A stretch of 64,000 nt of DNA. Source: Octopus bimaculoides. Taxonomy: Eukaryota. This document shows, in pieces, positions 11,701 through 23,700 of the stretch. The stretch is from the NCBI RefSeq assembly GCF_001194135.2, contig NC_068984.1, forward strand, positions 41,628,136 through 41,692,135, written 5' to 3'. The translations under genes were made by a program, and so were the position numbers. Under the pieces are notes generated by a model, which was not told where the DNA came from, did not search any database, and worked only from the letters and a program-made list of their open reading frames with translations. Each line of letters begins with the position of its first letter. Within the stretch, counting starts at the first letter, position 1.

Positions 11701-14700
11701 ATCCTCATGTTGCTGAACATAGACAAACTTCTTTTCTGCTTCTCCCTTGGCTTGATATACCTGTCTCCTGGCTTCCCTTCTGGTTATCTGATACAATTCC
11801 CTGCTACCCCCACTCTTCCAGGCCTGTTTCTTTGCTCTAATGGCCCCGTCTACAGCATCAATAATCAGATATAAATGAAAAATATAAATTTAATATAAAT
11901 GTNNNNNNNNNNNNNNNNNNNNNNNNNNNNNNNNNNNNNNNNNNNNNNNNNNNNNNNNNNNNNNNNNNNNNNNNNNNNNNNNNNNNNNNNNNNNNNNNNN
12001 NNNNNNNNNNNNNNNNNNNNNNNNNNNNNNNNNNNNNNNNNNNNNNNNNNNNNNNNNNNNNNNNNNNNNNNNNNNNNNNNNNNNNNNNNNNNNNNNNNNN
12101 NNNNNNNNNNNNNNNNNNNNNNNNNNNNNNNNNNNNNNNNNNNNNNNNNNNNNNNNNNNNNNNNNNNNNNNNNNNNNNNNNNNNNNNNNNNNNNNNNNNN
12201 NNNNNNNNNNNNNNNNNNNNNNNNNNNNNNNNNNNNNNNNNNNNNNNNNNNNNNNNNNNNNNNNNNNNNNNNNNNNNNNNNNNNNNNNNNNNNNNNNNNN
12301 NNATATATAATTGCCAACCAAGGGTGGTGTTCCAAATGGAATAGTGCTGCTGATTTTTATAGCCCCAGGAAGACATCTCCTCCAGCTCGCTAACAACACA
12401 CATTCTGTATCCGATTAGTATTTCTGATGGGAGGTCTAGCCTTACGTGATACACACAAACTCGAGTTTCTGGGTGTATCACATAAGGCTAGGGATGGGAG
12501 CGATGACCTCCCCTCGCAAATATTAATTGAACACAGAATGTGTGTTGCTAGTTAGCAGGAGGAGTTGTCTTCTTGAGGCTATAAAAGTCAGTAGCAGTAT
12601 CCTGTGTGGGACACCACACTTGGTTGGCAATTATATGTTGCAATTCTGTATTACTACTGTTTTCATCTCACTCAGAGATTTAATATAGCTATATATATAT
12701 ATATCAAAGAAACTCTTAAGCATTATTCTAGTATAAAGTTACTAATGAAGACAATCATGCAATATAAATATATGTAATAATACATATAATAAAACTGCCA
12801 TAAATCATGAATCCTTTAACAAGAGTAATCTTACTGGAGTGAAAGACAGCTTAAGAAAATGAGACCACAACATTTAAAAGATTCACAGTGAACAAGCCTA
12901 TCAAATATGTATTCTCATCATCAGCTACTTAATGAATATCACTATGGTTTCAACAGCGCACACACGTGTGTGTATTTGAAGGAGAGAAAGAGAGCTAATG
13001 TCTTTTCTTGAAGTGTCCTCAGTTTTGATCTGGAATTTATAAAACATTTAGCCATCAACTTGAACTATACACTTGACACTTACATAAATGATTTGGACTG
13101 ACTAAAACCTCTCCTGTTAATAAAATGATGAATGATTTCAGTTTTAATTTTACTTTTGTTTTTAATGAGCATATTTGTTTTCTTTTAGAAAGGACACTCT
13201 TCCGCTCTTGTGGACACAACTCTACTCAAAGTATACAATCAACCGCACATGAAATTTTCATAGTTTTCAAAACAGACTCTGATCAAACAGACCAAGGTTT
13301 TTCACTTCGTTACAGTGCAAATCCTCATAGTAAGTATATGTTGTCTAAATGCTGATTTTGAAGTACAATATGTACATATGAGAAATATTTATGAGTAAAC
13401 TAAGAAATTAAATGTCCTTATTTTTGTCTATCACAGTACTATATACAAGCACAAAACCATGCTAAAAATTCAGAAATTAAACCCCTCAGAGTTAGAGAAT
13501 TCAAAATGTAGCACCATTGGTAAAATATACAACTGGATAAATGAATTAGAAAGAAAATACAGTAATTTCTCGACTATCACGATTTATTATTTTTATAATT
13601 TGTATCTGTTTATTTTATTGTAAACGCAAAACAACACCATGGAGGAATCAATGTAAGCTTAAATAATAAACTACGATAGGTGAACCACAATATGGCGAGA
13701 GATTACAGGGTACTATAAAAACCCATGTAATTTACACACTTTTTTTTCATGGAAACAAAAATAAACTTTAGTGGGTAGGTAAATTACATGAGTAGATCAT
13801 TTCCAGGATTCTTTTAGAATTTTTTTTTTTGTTGAAAAATGACATACAAATATGACATTCATACCGGAAGTTGACTCATTTAATGTCAGAATAGGTTTTT
13901 ACAGAAAAAATATAATGAAGTTGACTTTTATTTATGCTGGACAGTATAATGCTTACTTTTTCTGTATAAATCTCATGCTATCTTCATAGAACACTTGTAA
14001 TGTGTGTATTACCAGTTCTTTTGGTATAGTAGATTTTTGCTATTCTTGTTTATGTCTCCTCATAGACGTGCATATTCCAACAAGTCATTTCTTAAATTTC
14101 GCACCTCTCTGGTTCAATAAACACTGAGTTAAACTTGCAAAGCTGTTTATTTTCTCCTTTCGATTTTTAATGTTTATTTTAGCAGGATACCAAACTATCA
14201 GTTTGGTAATGATACATTTTTTTAAGCCTGCTTGACATTTTATAAGTGTGAAAGGGATTAAATTTCAATACTCCATATCAAAGGTTCTCACAAGAATAGG
14301 CAGAAAATCAGAGCTTGAGACAAGAAGACACTTTTGACCAATCAGAATTCAGTTTACATAATCAGTTTGATCACCTTCCTCTGTCAGTTGAGTAAAGTGT
14401 CATCCAAGCTGATGTTTATTGGTAATTAAACTTATTTTGCAACACTTGTGCATTTTTATCAGCTTTGTCTTTGTTGATAAGAATTATCAACAACTTTTCC
14501 TGTGATCGTGATTTGAGAAGACATATAGAAGTATGCTAAAGATTGGACATAATCTCTTGTGGGCAAGAAATGTAAAATAAAATTTATTATAAACAACACA
14601 AATACTTTGTAATTTAATAGCTTTCAATGTGATACCTGTTAAACAGAAATTATTTTTATTTAATGAAAATTTAATAAAATCTAATCATAAGTAAGTGAAA

Positions 14701-17700
14701 TTATGCTAAATACAACTAAGTTGCAAGCATTTTCCCCCTGGTCATATCAGCAATTCTGAAAACTCTTGGGTGTGAATTTTACACAAGTAGAAGCTTTTTT
14801 TCACAATTCTATACTGAAAATCACCTGTGTAAATTAAACAGGTGCACAAATTACATGGGTTTTTACAGTAGTTCTTTACTGTTTGTACTTGTAACTCTTT
14901 ATATATTGAAGTGACTTCAGCAAATAGTCATGTCTGATTGTTGCATTGGGATCACCCAGTAATTGGTTTTATGTTGAGTAAAACAATTTATTTTTTATTT
15001 GTTTCAGTTATTAGACTGTTGTCAAGCTGGGGCACTGCCCTGAAGAATTTTAGTTGAATGAATCAACCCCCAGTACTTATTTTTTTGTAAAGCCTGGTTC
15101 TCATTTTGTCAGTATCTTTTGTCAGACCAGGGACGTAAACACACCAACACCAGTTGTTAAGTAATGAGTAATGAGTTTCCATCTCCCAAATCTATTCACA
15201 AGACTTTGGTCAACCCATGCTCAAAGTGCCATGCAATAAGGTTGAACCTGAAACCAATGTGGTTGAGAAGCCACAGCTACACCTATTGAATAAAAATTGA
15301 ATTAAAAAGAAATTCCTCAAACATAATTCCAAATTACATTGCATGTAATAAGTTCCATTGAGAATGTTATATGTTTCTGTTATGTAAATATTTGACCCAG
15401 GTTAGATTCTTGATTGAAGTAGTTACTTACTCTGCTTATGACTTTGGAAAAAGCATGAACATTAGTATATTCCATTTTCTTCCCTTACAAATTTAAAATT
15501 TTGCATTTAGTTCAAAAAATAATTATTCAAATGCACTTTTTTTTTTTGAAACAATTAGAACTGAATATAAAGTTTTAGCTCTGTTTCTTACAGAATCTAC
15601 TTGAAGACTGGTGCACAAAATCTAAGTCAATATTGAAGTATGATAGTAAGCATGTATATGTCTCATTGTTATGTAATTTGTGCTTAAATCATTTGAATTT
15701 GTTCTACAATTAATAGCATGTGGTGACACTTTGACCCAGTCTCAAGCAACTATCACCTCACCTGGTTATCCTGATAAAGTGAATGCAAGATGGACTTGCA
15801 TATGGAAAATAGAAGTAAATCCAGACAGAAGAGTGTATCTAAAATTCCAAGATATAGATTTATATAACTGTAGGAATGCATATGTGAAAGTAAATATGTT
15901 GATATATTTTTACAATTCTTTTTGTGTTATAAAATTTGCAAATTGTTACATTTTCCCTTTGATGAAGCAACTGTCTTTTTTAACCTCTTTCTCTCAAAAC
16001 CTATGCCTTTCTTCTTGTTAATCATTCAACTAAGAAATAAAAGTAGCACTTAAGGTAGTATACTGAGACTAGCAGAATATTTTGCTGTTGCTAGACTGCA
16101 CGTTAAATACTAGAGTTGCATTTTACTTATTAGATAGTAATGTAATAAGTTACACTTGAACAAGTAACAATGGTTTCTCTCTTATGCATTATAAGTTAAT
16201 GCTGTTAGAAATCATGTTACAAACTAATTCAAGCAAAATATCTCCAGACAAAATACTCAGCCTTCACTGAAATGTCTAAAGATATATTTAGAGCAGTGGT
16301 TCCCAAACTTTTAGAGCTGCTGCCCCCTTGACACCCAGGTCACATTCCTAGCAGCCCCACCCCAACCAACCAACCATCACAAACATAGACCTCTTTCTGA
16401 AGCAAATTCAAAGCAACTGTATTTCACAAATAAAACTTAACCTAACAAAGCCATTATTTTGTTTTTACATGAATCACTACCCCATTATAGCCCCAATTTG
16501 TTTACATGAATCGCTACCCCATTATCACCCTGCTTTTCTTCAACACCCCCTTGGAACTTTCGACTCCCCCCCCCCACCAAGTGGGGGTGGAGGTGGGGAC
16601 AATACCACCCACTTTGGGAATCACTGATTGAGAGGAAATAGTTCCTTTTGAATTGAATGTAGTAATGATGCTGAGAGATCACTATTCATTGCACTATTCA
16701 TTGCACTCGATATTCTAGCAATAGGAAAAGACCATGTACAGCTATGTTAATGATGACTTCAAAGTACTGATGATTAATTTTTGCTAAGGCCTTAGGCTAA
16801 TTCAAAATAATCAAGTGCTCCATAAAAATAAAATATCTTTATCAGTCTTCTTATTAACTTATAATAATTCAAATTAAAAATCAACTATTTTAACATTGTG
16901 TGACCTAGGAGGGTTAAAAACTATGAACATTATTGTCGTTGTTCTCTATATTAAATTTTTCCTTTTTATGTCATCTTGCACACTGTGTTCTTTTTTCAAA
17001 TCATTTAAACAATGAAAGGAAGTAAATAATTGGCCTACCAGCTGGTGGACTTTCTGAAATCACAAAAAGGGATTCCACACTTTGGTGTCTCTGGTTAGAC
17101 CAAACTCAGTGCTGAGTCAATAAAGACATTTCCACTTCTTCATATGGACTTAGTCCTTTGGTATGAACTTTGCCTTTTCATATATTGCAAGAAGACTTAC
17201 TCATCTTTCTTTGCAAAACATCATGCAGCTAGATTTTTTAGGAATCATGTATAGAAATGGAGGATACTATGAAGCATTTCTTGATTTTTAATCCTCTTTA
17301 TTTTGATGTGTCTATGGAGGATCATTACGTCAATATTAAAAACATACAAATTCACATAAAGAATCTTGCAAACCAAATACAAAATCTTCTTCATATTTTT
17401 AGGCATTCAAAAAATGGATGTTTTTCATCAGATATTGATGTTTGTTAGATTAGAAAAACATTTGAAACTTGTGTAATTTTCTGAAAATTTCATGACGAGA
17501 GCATTAGTACCATAATACCTGTTGACACATAAGTAAGATATGGATGAAATCCAAACATCATAGTGTTTCTGGTTTATATACCTTGACTTGATCTTGTTTT
17601 GCATCTACTTTGGGGGAAATTATGAAATTATAATATAAAATCTTCAAATATTTTCTTCCAGGTTTACCAAACCTTATCTTTTGAATTTCCTATGATGACA

Positions 17701-20700
17701 TTCTGCAATGAGAGAGTTCAAGAGATTAAATCATCTCAAAATACAATGAAAATAATGTTTACAACACGTAGACAATTTTCTTCAAAATTTAAAGCATATT
17801 ATACAACTCTGGAAAGCAGATGTAAGTATAATACTCTATTTGCATTTATGTGCAAGTGTGAAATAACCACATTGATTAAAATTTTGTTATGGCTTTTGGT
17901 GTAATATTGTAAGAGAATTTAGTTACATATTATATGTAGTACAATATATAATTATATTTTCTTCTAATTTGTATTTTCTCATGCCAGTGCCACCTGACTG
18001 GTTCTGTGCTGGTGGCACATAAAAAGCACCATTTGTGAATGGTTGTTGCTAGTGCTGCTTGACTGGCTCCCATGCTGGTAGCACATAAAGAGCACCATTC
18101 GAGCAAGGTTGATGCCAGTGCCACCTGACTGGCCCCCCGTGCTGGTGGCATGTAAAAAGCACCCACTACACTGTCAGAGTAGTTGGCATTAGGAAAGGCA
18201 TCCAGCTGTAGAAACCTTGCTGGATCAGATTGGAGCCTGGTGCAGCCTCCTGGCTTGCCAGTCCTCAGTCAAACTGTCCAACCCATGCCAGTATGGAAAG
18301 TGGACATTAAACAATGATGATATGTCCAGTTACATTATGAAGGTTAAGATAAATTGTAACATTGGTAATATACTCTCTAGCCCCTTTAAGTTTATTTCTA
18401 TAAACTTGTTTTTTTTATATCATCTTTTGTTCATGGTTCATATTTATATGAAAAGAATGATACAGAACTTTTCTGAAGAAAAATGATCTACAATAATGTT
18501 AACAAAAAGTTACCAAAAACAGTAGAAGGTGCACCTTTATGCAAGTCTCATACTTCAAGGATCTCAGATCATTCATGGCAGATTTAAACAGTAGCTTCAT
18601 GGTCTATAGAAGTTTTGCTCGGAAATTACTCAATGTTATGAAGAATATCTGGTGACTCAACCTATCCAGACAACTCAAGAAGAGAATCTTTGCATCTCAT
18701 TTCTTTTTGTAGCAGTTGATGATGATACTGTTGCACTAGTCATTAGCATAACCTCTTCCTATATACTGCTTGACCAGATCCAGTCTCACACACCTACCCT
18801 ACAATGTCATTCTAAAAATAAACAATCACATCATTGAAATCTCATAGCTATGGGATAAGATAAGGCATGATTAATTCAAAACGATGTAAATGAATGTGTC
18901 ATATTTGACAGAGTAATCTGAATGCTAGAAGATTAAAATATTGTTGTTCAGACATTAATATGGAAGAGTGCTGAAAGTATTCACAATGCTGTGAAAATTA
19001 AATATTATTTAATCATAAAATCAAATTTAATTATAAAATTAAATTTTTTTAAATCTAATATCATTCATAAATAATACCAAGTCCATTATGGCATTCACAG
19101 AAACAAAGGGGCAAGTTGTAATAGTCAAATCATTTGATAAACTTCATAACCTAGAACCTCTATTTGGTTGACAATTTGTGTTTTTAAAATATTGAATACA
19201 TTTATTTTACTCTTTCTCCAGCATTGTGGTGGCTTTCATCACATTTCTTTGCTTATAAAATCATGTTTTAATTGAATGTTTATTATTTTTTAAATAGTAT
19301 GTGGTGGTTTACTGACAAGTGATTCTGGCTCTGTCATTTCTCCGGAATCTGATCCATATAATAGTGCACAAGTAGTTGTCTGCACTTGGTTACTGCAACC
19401 TACTCCAAGAGATAATATGACAATCATGATTAACATTGAAATGAGTAATAATCAACATTGCAATGAAAATTATTTTAATGTTATAGAAGGTAAAACAAAA
19501 ATTTCTTCTTGTAGCTTGTGTAAAACTTTTAGTTTCACTCTTTTGCTTTGCATTTTTCCAAAAGCCTTATGTAATATATACAGATATGAAATAGCCAAAT
19601 GAATAAGGTATGAATTTATCTATTGATGGATCATGTGTTGAAATCTGCTGCAGGTATTTCGTTGTGTTTCTGAAAATGATGACATTTTCCTATGTTGCTT
19701 CAGTTCTTTAAGCAGTATATTGTGTATAGGCAGCCAAACCGAAGGTGTGTTTTAGCTCGCTCTGACCAGTGAGTAGCTATTGTAACAGAATACATATGAA
19801 CCCAACTCTCCAATTTTCAACTGAAAACTCAAATGAAAATTCTTCCTTCTCAAAAACAACAAAGCCTTAATTCTAGTGAAAACTACATCTTTGTACTGTG
19901 AGCACATATTACGAAAGATATAATATGATAACAGTAATAATAATTATTCGTAAGTACACAGTATTCCTATTAACAAACACACACACTATTTCACATTATC
20001 TCAACATTATAACATATACGAGTATCATTGTTTACTACCATTCAGTACATCACAGAAGTTAATATTTTGAATATTTTGTTTATTTCTATCCTTATTTGGT
20101 ATTATTATCTATACTTATTACCTATATTTACTGTTATTATCTATATTTTTTGTTGCACAAACAACTTTGTTAAGTGACCAACAATGAACCGAAGACACTG
20201 AAAATCAATCATAAGTAGTTAACAACAATATCAACATCAGCAGTAACAAAAAAAAAAAAAAAATGCCAACATAATGCGTCTTTAAAAATCGCAACTGGTC
20301 AGATATTGAAGTGGATACTCTCATTAACTCCTGGTTCATTCTCTTTCAAACTGATAATATATATGCTTCAGACTTCAATCTCATTGCTAAAAGAGTTGCT
20401 CATCTCTTCAATAACCGAAATGAGGGACAAATAGGGAATAAACTGAAGCATATCTCTACTTCATATCTCACCATGAGTAACCACATGGATAAACTAGCTT
20501 GAATTTTTTTATCCACCACAGCCCATGATGAGCAACAACTACAACAATCACATCAGCAGCTAAAAGAACAAAAAAAGGATCATGGCTACCTTACCACAAT
20601 AGACTCACTACCATCATCATCACTATTTCCATCTTCTACTGCTACTCTTCCCCCTTCCCCCCCTTCTTCATCTTCTCCTTCTCCCCCTCCTACTGCTACT

Positions 20701-23700
20701 ACTTTTAGTGGCCAAAGTCAAACATTCCATTCTACCTCTGCCAGTGGCTAATCCCAACCACTCCTACTTCCTCCCTATGCCGCCACCACAGCTCCACTAA
20801 CAAACTCAAGCACCATTACTACTAATACTATCTCGGCCAGTGTACAAAATCAACCACTGCTCTTTTCCCCCTCTCCAGTCCCCACTACTCTATTACCATT
20901 ACAGTCAAACAATTCTAAATCTCAAACTATTTGTAATCCACTCCCTTCTACAACAATCACAAGTTCAAATGACAATCCAAAAATATGCAGTCACTCCCGT
21001 CACTCCCTACACGAAAGGCTGTGTACAAATCGTGACTGTAATTTCACTCATCTTCCAGGAACAAGATGCTCAAGCAATAGAAACTATCCCCACAATTTCC
21101 TTTCTACTACTGCAACACCACCAAAATCAAGAAATCGTAACCCTAAAATCTGCCGTTACTCCCAGTGTGAGAGAGTATGTTTACAGCAAGATTGTAATTT
21201 TACCCATCTCCCTGGGACTTGACGTACCATGAAAAACAATACTCCCAGCCATCACCAATCTAGGTTACAAACACACTCCCAATGTGAACACACACAAAAG
21301 TAAAAACAAAAACAAAACTAATGGTACGAATTTCCTCAACAGCTCAGGAAACTGGAGAACATCCATTTAAAGCAGTAGAAGCAACCAACATAACTGTGAA
21401 TGTAAACACAACTCCAGCCATGAAGTTCTCCTTAACCAGGTTAATTCTTTTCTTCTATCCATGCGGAACCTAACCAAAGAGATCCAGAAGAGTATCTTGG
21501 CTGTCACACAGAACCAACCTCTGCTGCTACCTCAGTGCAAAACCTATCCTCCTCACTATCATTAATCCATAAATCTCTACTGAGGCCTCTAAAATAGTTT
21601 AACCAGGTCACTACCGCAGTCTCAACATTCTTACTCAATGTACAAGGCATCTGCACACCCTTCCATGCAAAAAGATGGAAGATCCAATTCATTGAGGACT
21701 AGTTACCGACCATACTCATCACATTCCTTTCTTCATCCTTACTGAAACCCACCTTGACAACTTCCACTTGGAAGCTAAAGTAAAAGTAAGGAATTTCACC
21801 ACAATCTGAGCAAACCGCATCAGTAGAAGAAAGGGAGGGGTTGCCATTTTCCGACATGACTCATTTACTGCAGAAACAAATGTCTCAATTTCCACTGGCT
21901 ATTGTGAATCAGTATCTGTATACAACAAAATGAATGATTTAGCAATAATTGGGCTCTACAGGCCACCTCATGCACCACTATTGTGCTTCAAGGACTGCCT
22001 CACGAATATCAAGTCTTTCATTCAACAATGTCATCTTGATAATATTTTAATGATGGATGACTTCGATTTCCCGTGTTAACTGGTCTACTCATACCCTGAA
22101 AACTGGTGTGTGCATTTCCACTTCAGACAAAGCCGCAGTGGAATCACTATTTCAACTCATGGATGAATTTTTCCTGTCCCAACTCATGCGCGTGCCAACG
22201 AGATTCAACAAAAACATTCTGGACTTAATGCTAAGCAACCACACAAACAATATCCACGATATTACAGTGGAAAAAACTCTTCTTTCCGACCACAATATGG
22301 TTCTCTGTTGCCTAAGATTCTGGCAGCCAATTGTGTATCCGAGCGATCTCAATCCCTCACACCCCTTCAATCTCATGGATCTTCACAATGCTAACTGGTT
22401 TGCAATCAACCATGAGCTCTCACTCATTGATTGGTCTTTCACAGACTCCTTCACTCCAAGAAGCATTGATTCATCATGGCAGCTATTTATGGACATTGTC
22501 ACAAACATATGTCTACACAACACCCCATTACAGTCCATGAACAAGACAAAATACGGACTAACACCTCTCAGAAAATCACTCATATGAAAGATAAAGAGAA
22601 CGAATAAAAAAATCAACTAAAATATTGCCAGCTGCAACACTTCCACATGGTGGATATAGACTTGCTAGAATCAAGGAAATACCATCTCCAAAACTGAAAA
22701 ATGTTATTGACCATCAAAGAAAAGCAGAAGAGAAATGGGCCATTGATAAAATAAAAGCCAACCCGAAAGTGTTCTTCTCATTCGCTAAAAAGCATTAGGT
22801 TGCATATTGGACCTCTCATTGATGAAAACAACACACTGCAAAATGGTACAGAGTTCATGCTTGAGATTCTGCAGAAGCAATACTGCTCTACTTTTAGCAA
22901 TCCAGATATGATTAATCTGAACAGCATTGACGAATCAAACACTGAGCACACCCTGTGTGATATATCATTTGGTGTCCCAGATATCATAGCAGCTATAAGT
23001 AAAATTACAAACAACTCAGCTGCAGCTCCTGGCAGATTCCCTGCTAAAGTCCTGAAGGAATGCCATCACCACCTCGCATTCTCTGTAGCCGTTCTCTGGA
23101 GGAAATTGCTAGATTCTGGCTATAGTCCTGATAGTTTCCCTTCTCAGTCAATCGTTCCAGTCTTCAAAAAGGGCAGCAAGTCCCAGGCAGTGAATTACTG
23201 ACCTATCTCCCTTACTTCTCATCTTATCAAATTATTTGAGAGAATGGTGCGAAAGCAACAACCTGTTGGTTCCCAACCAGCATGGTTTCTGCAATGGCAA
23301 GGACTGCCTTAGACTGCTCCTGCATCATTTCAACAATATCCTAAAGGCCTTAGGTGAGGGATCCAATGCAGATGTCATATATCTTGACTCCAGCAAGGCC
23401 TTTGACAAGGTTGACCACAGCATCTTGTTAAACAAATTCTCCAACATTGGAGTGCAAGGGAAGCTTCTAAAGTGGTTTAAATCCTTTCTCTTGAACAGAA
23501 TGCAACATGTGATGATCAATGGTGTTCGATCAAGCACAGTAAAAGCACAGTGGTGTCCCACAAGGCACTGTGTTAGACCCACTTTTGTTCCTTATCTAAA
23601 TAAATGACATCATTTTTCAAACAGTTTTGGAGATGGTATTCCCTTGATTCTAGCAAGTCTATATATGATGTCATTTTTATATTACTGTATTTAGATACAG

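Noticed and set aside
11858-12481. ORFs of 130-207 aa crossing N runs (also 62023-62450)
   Set aside because: Open only because of assembly gaps.
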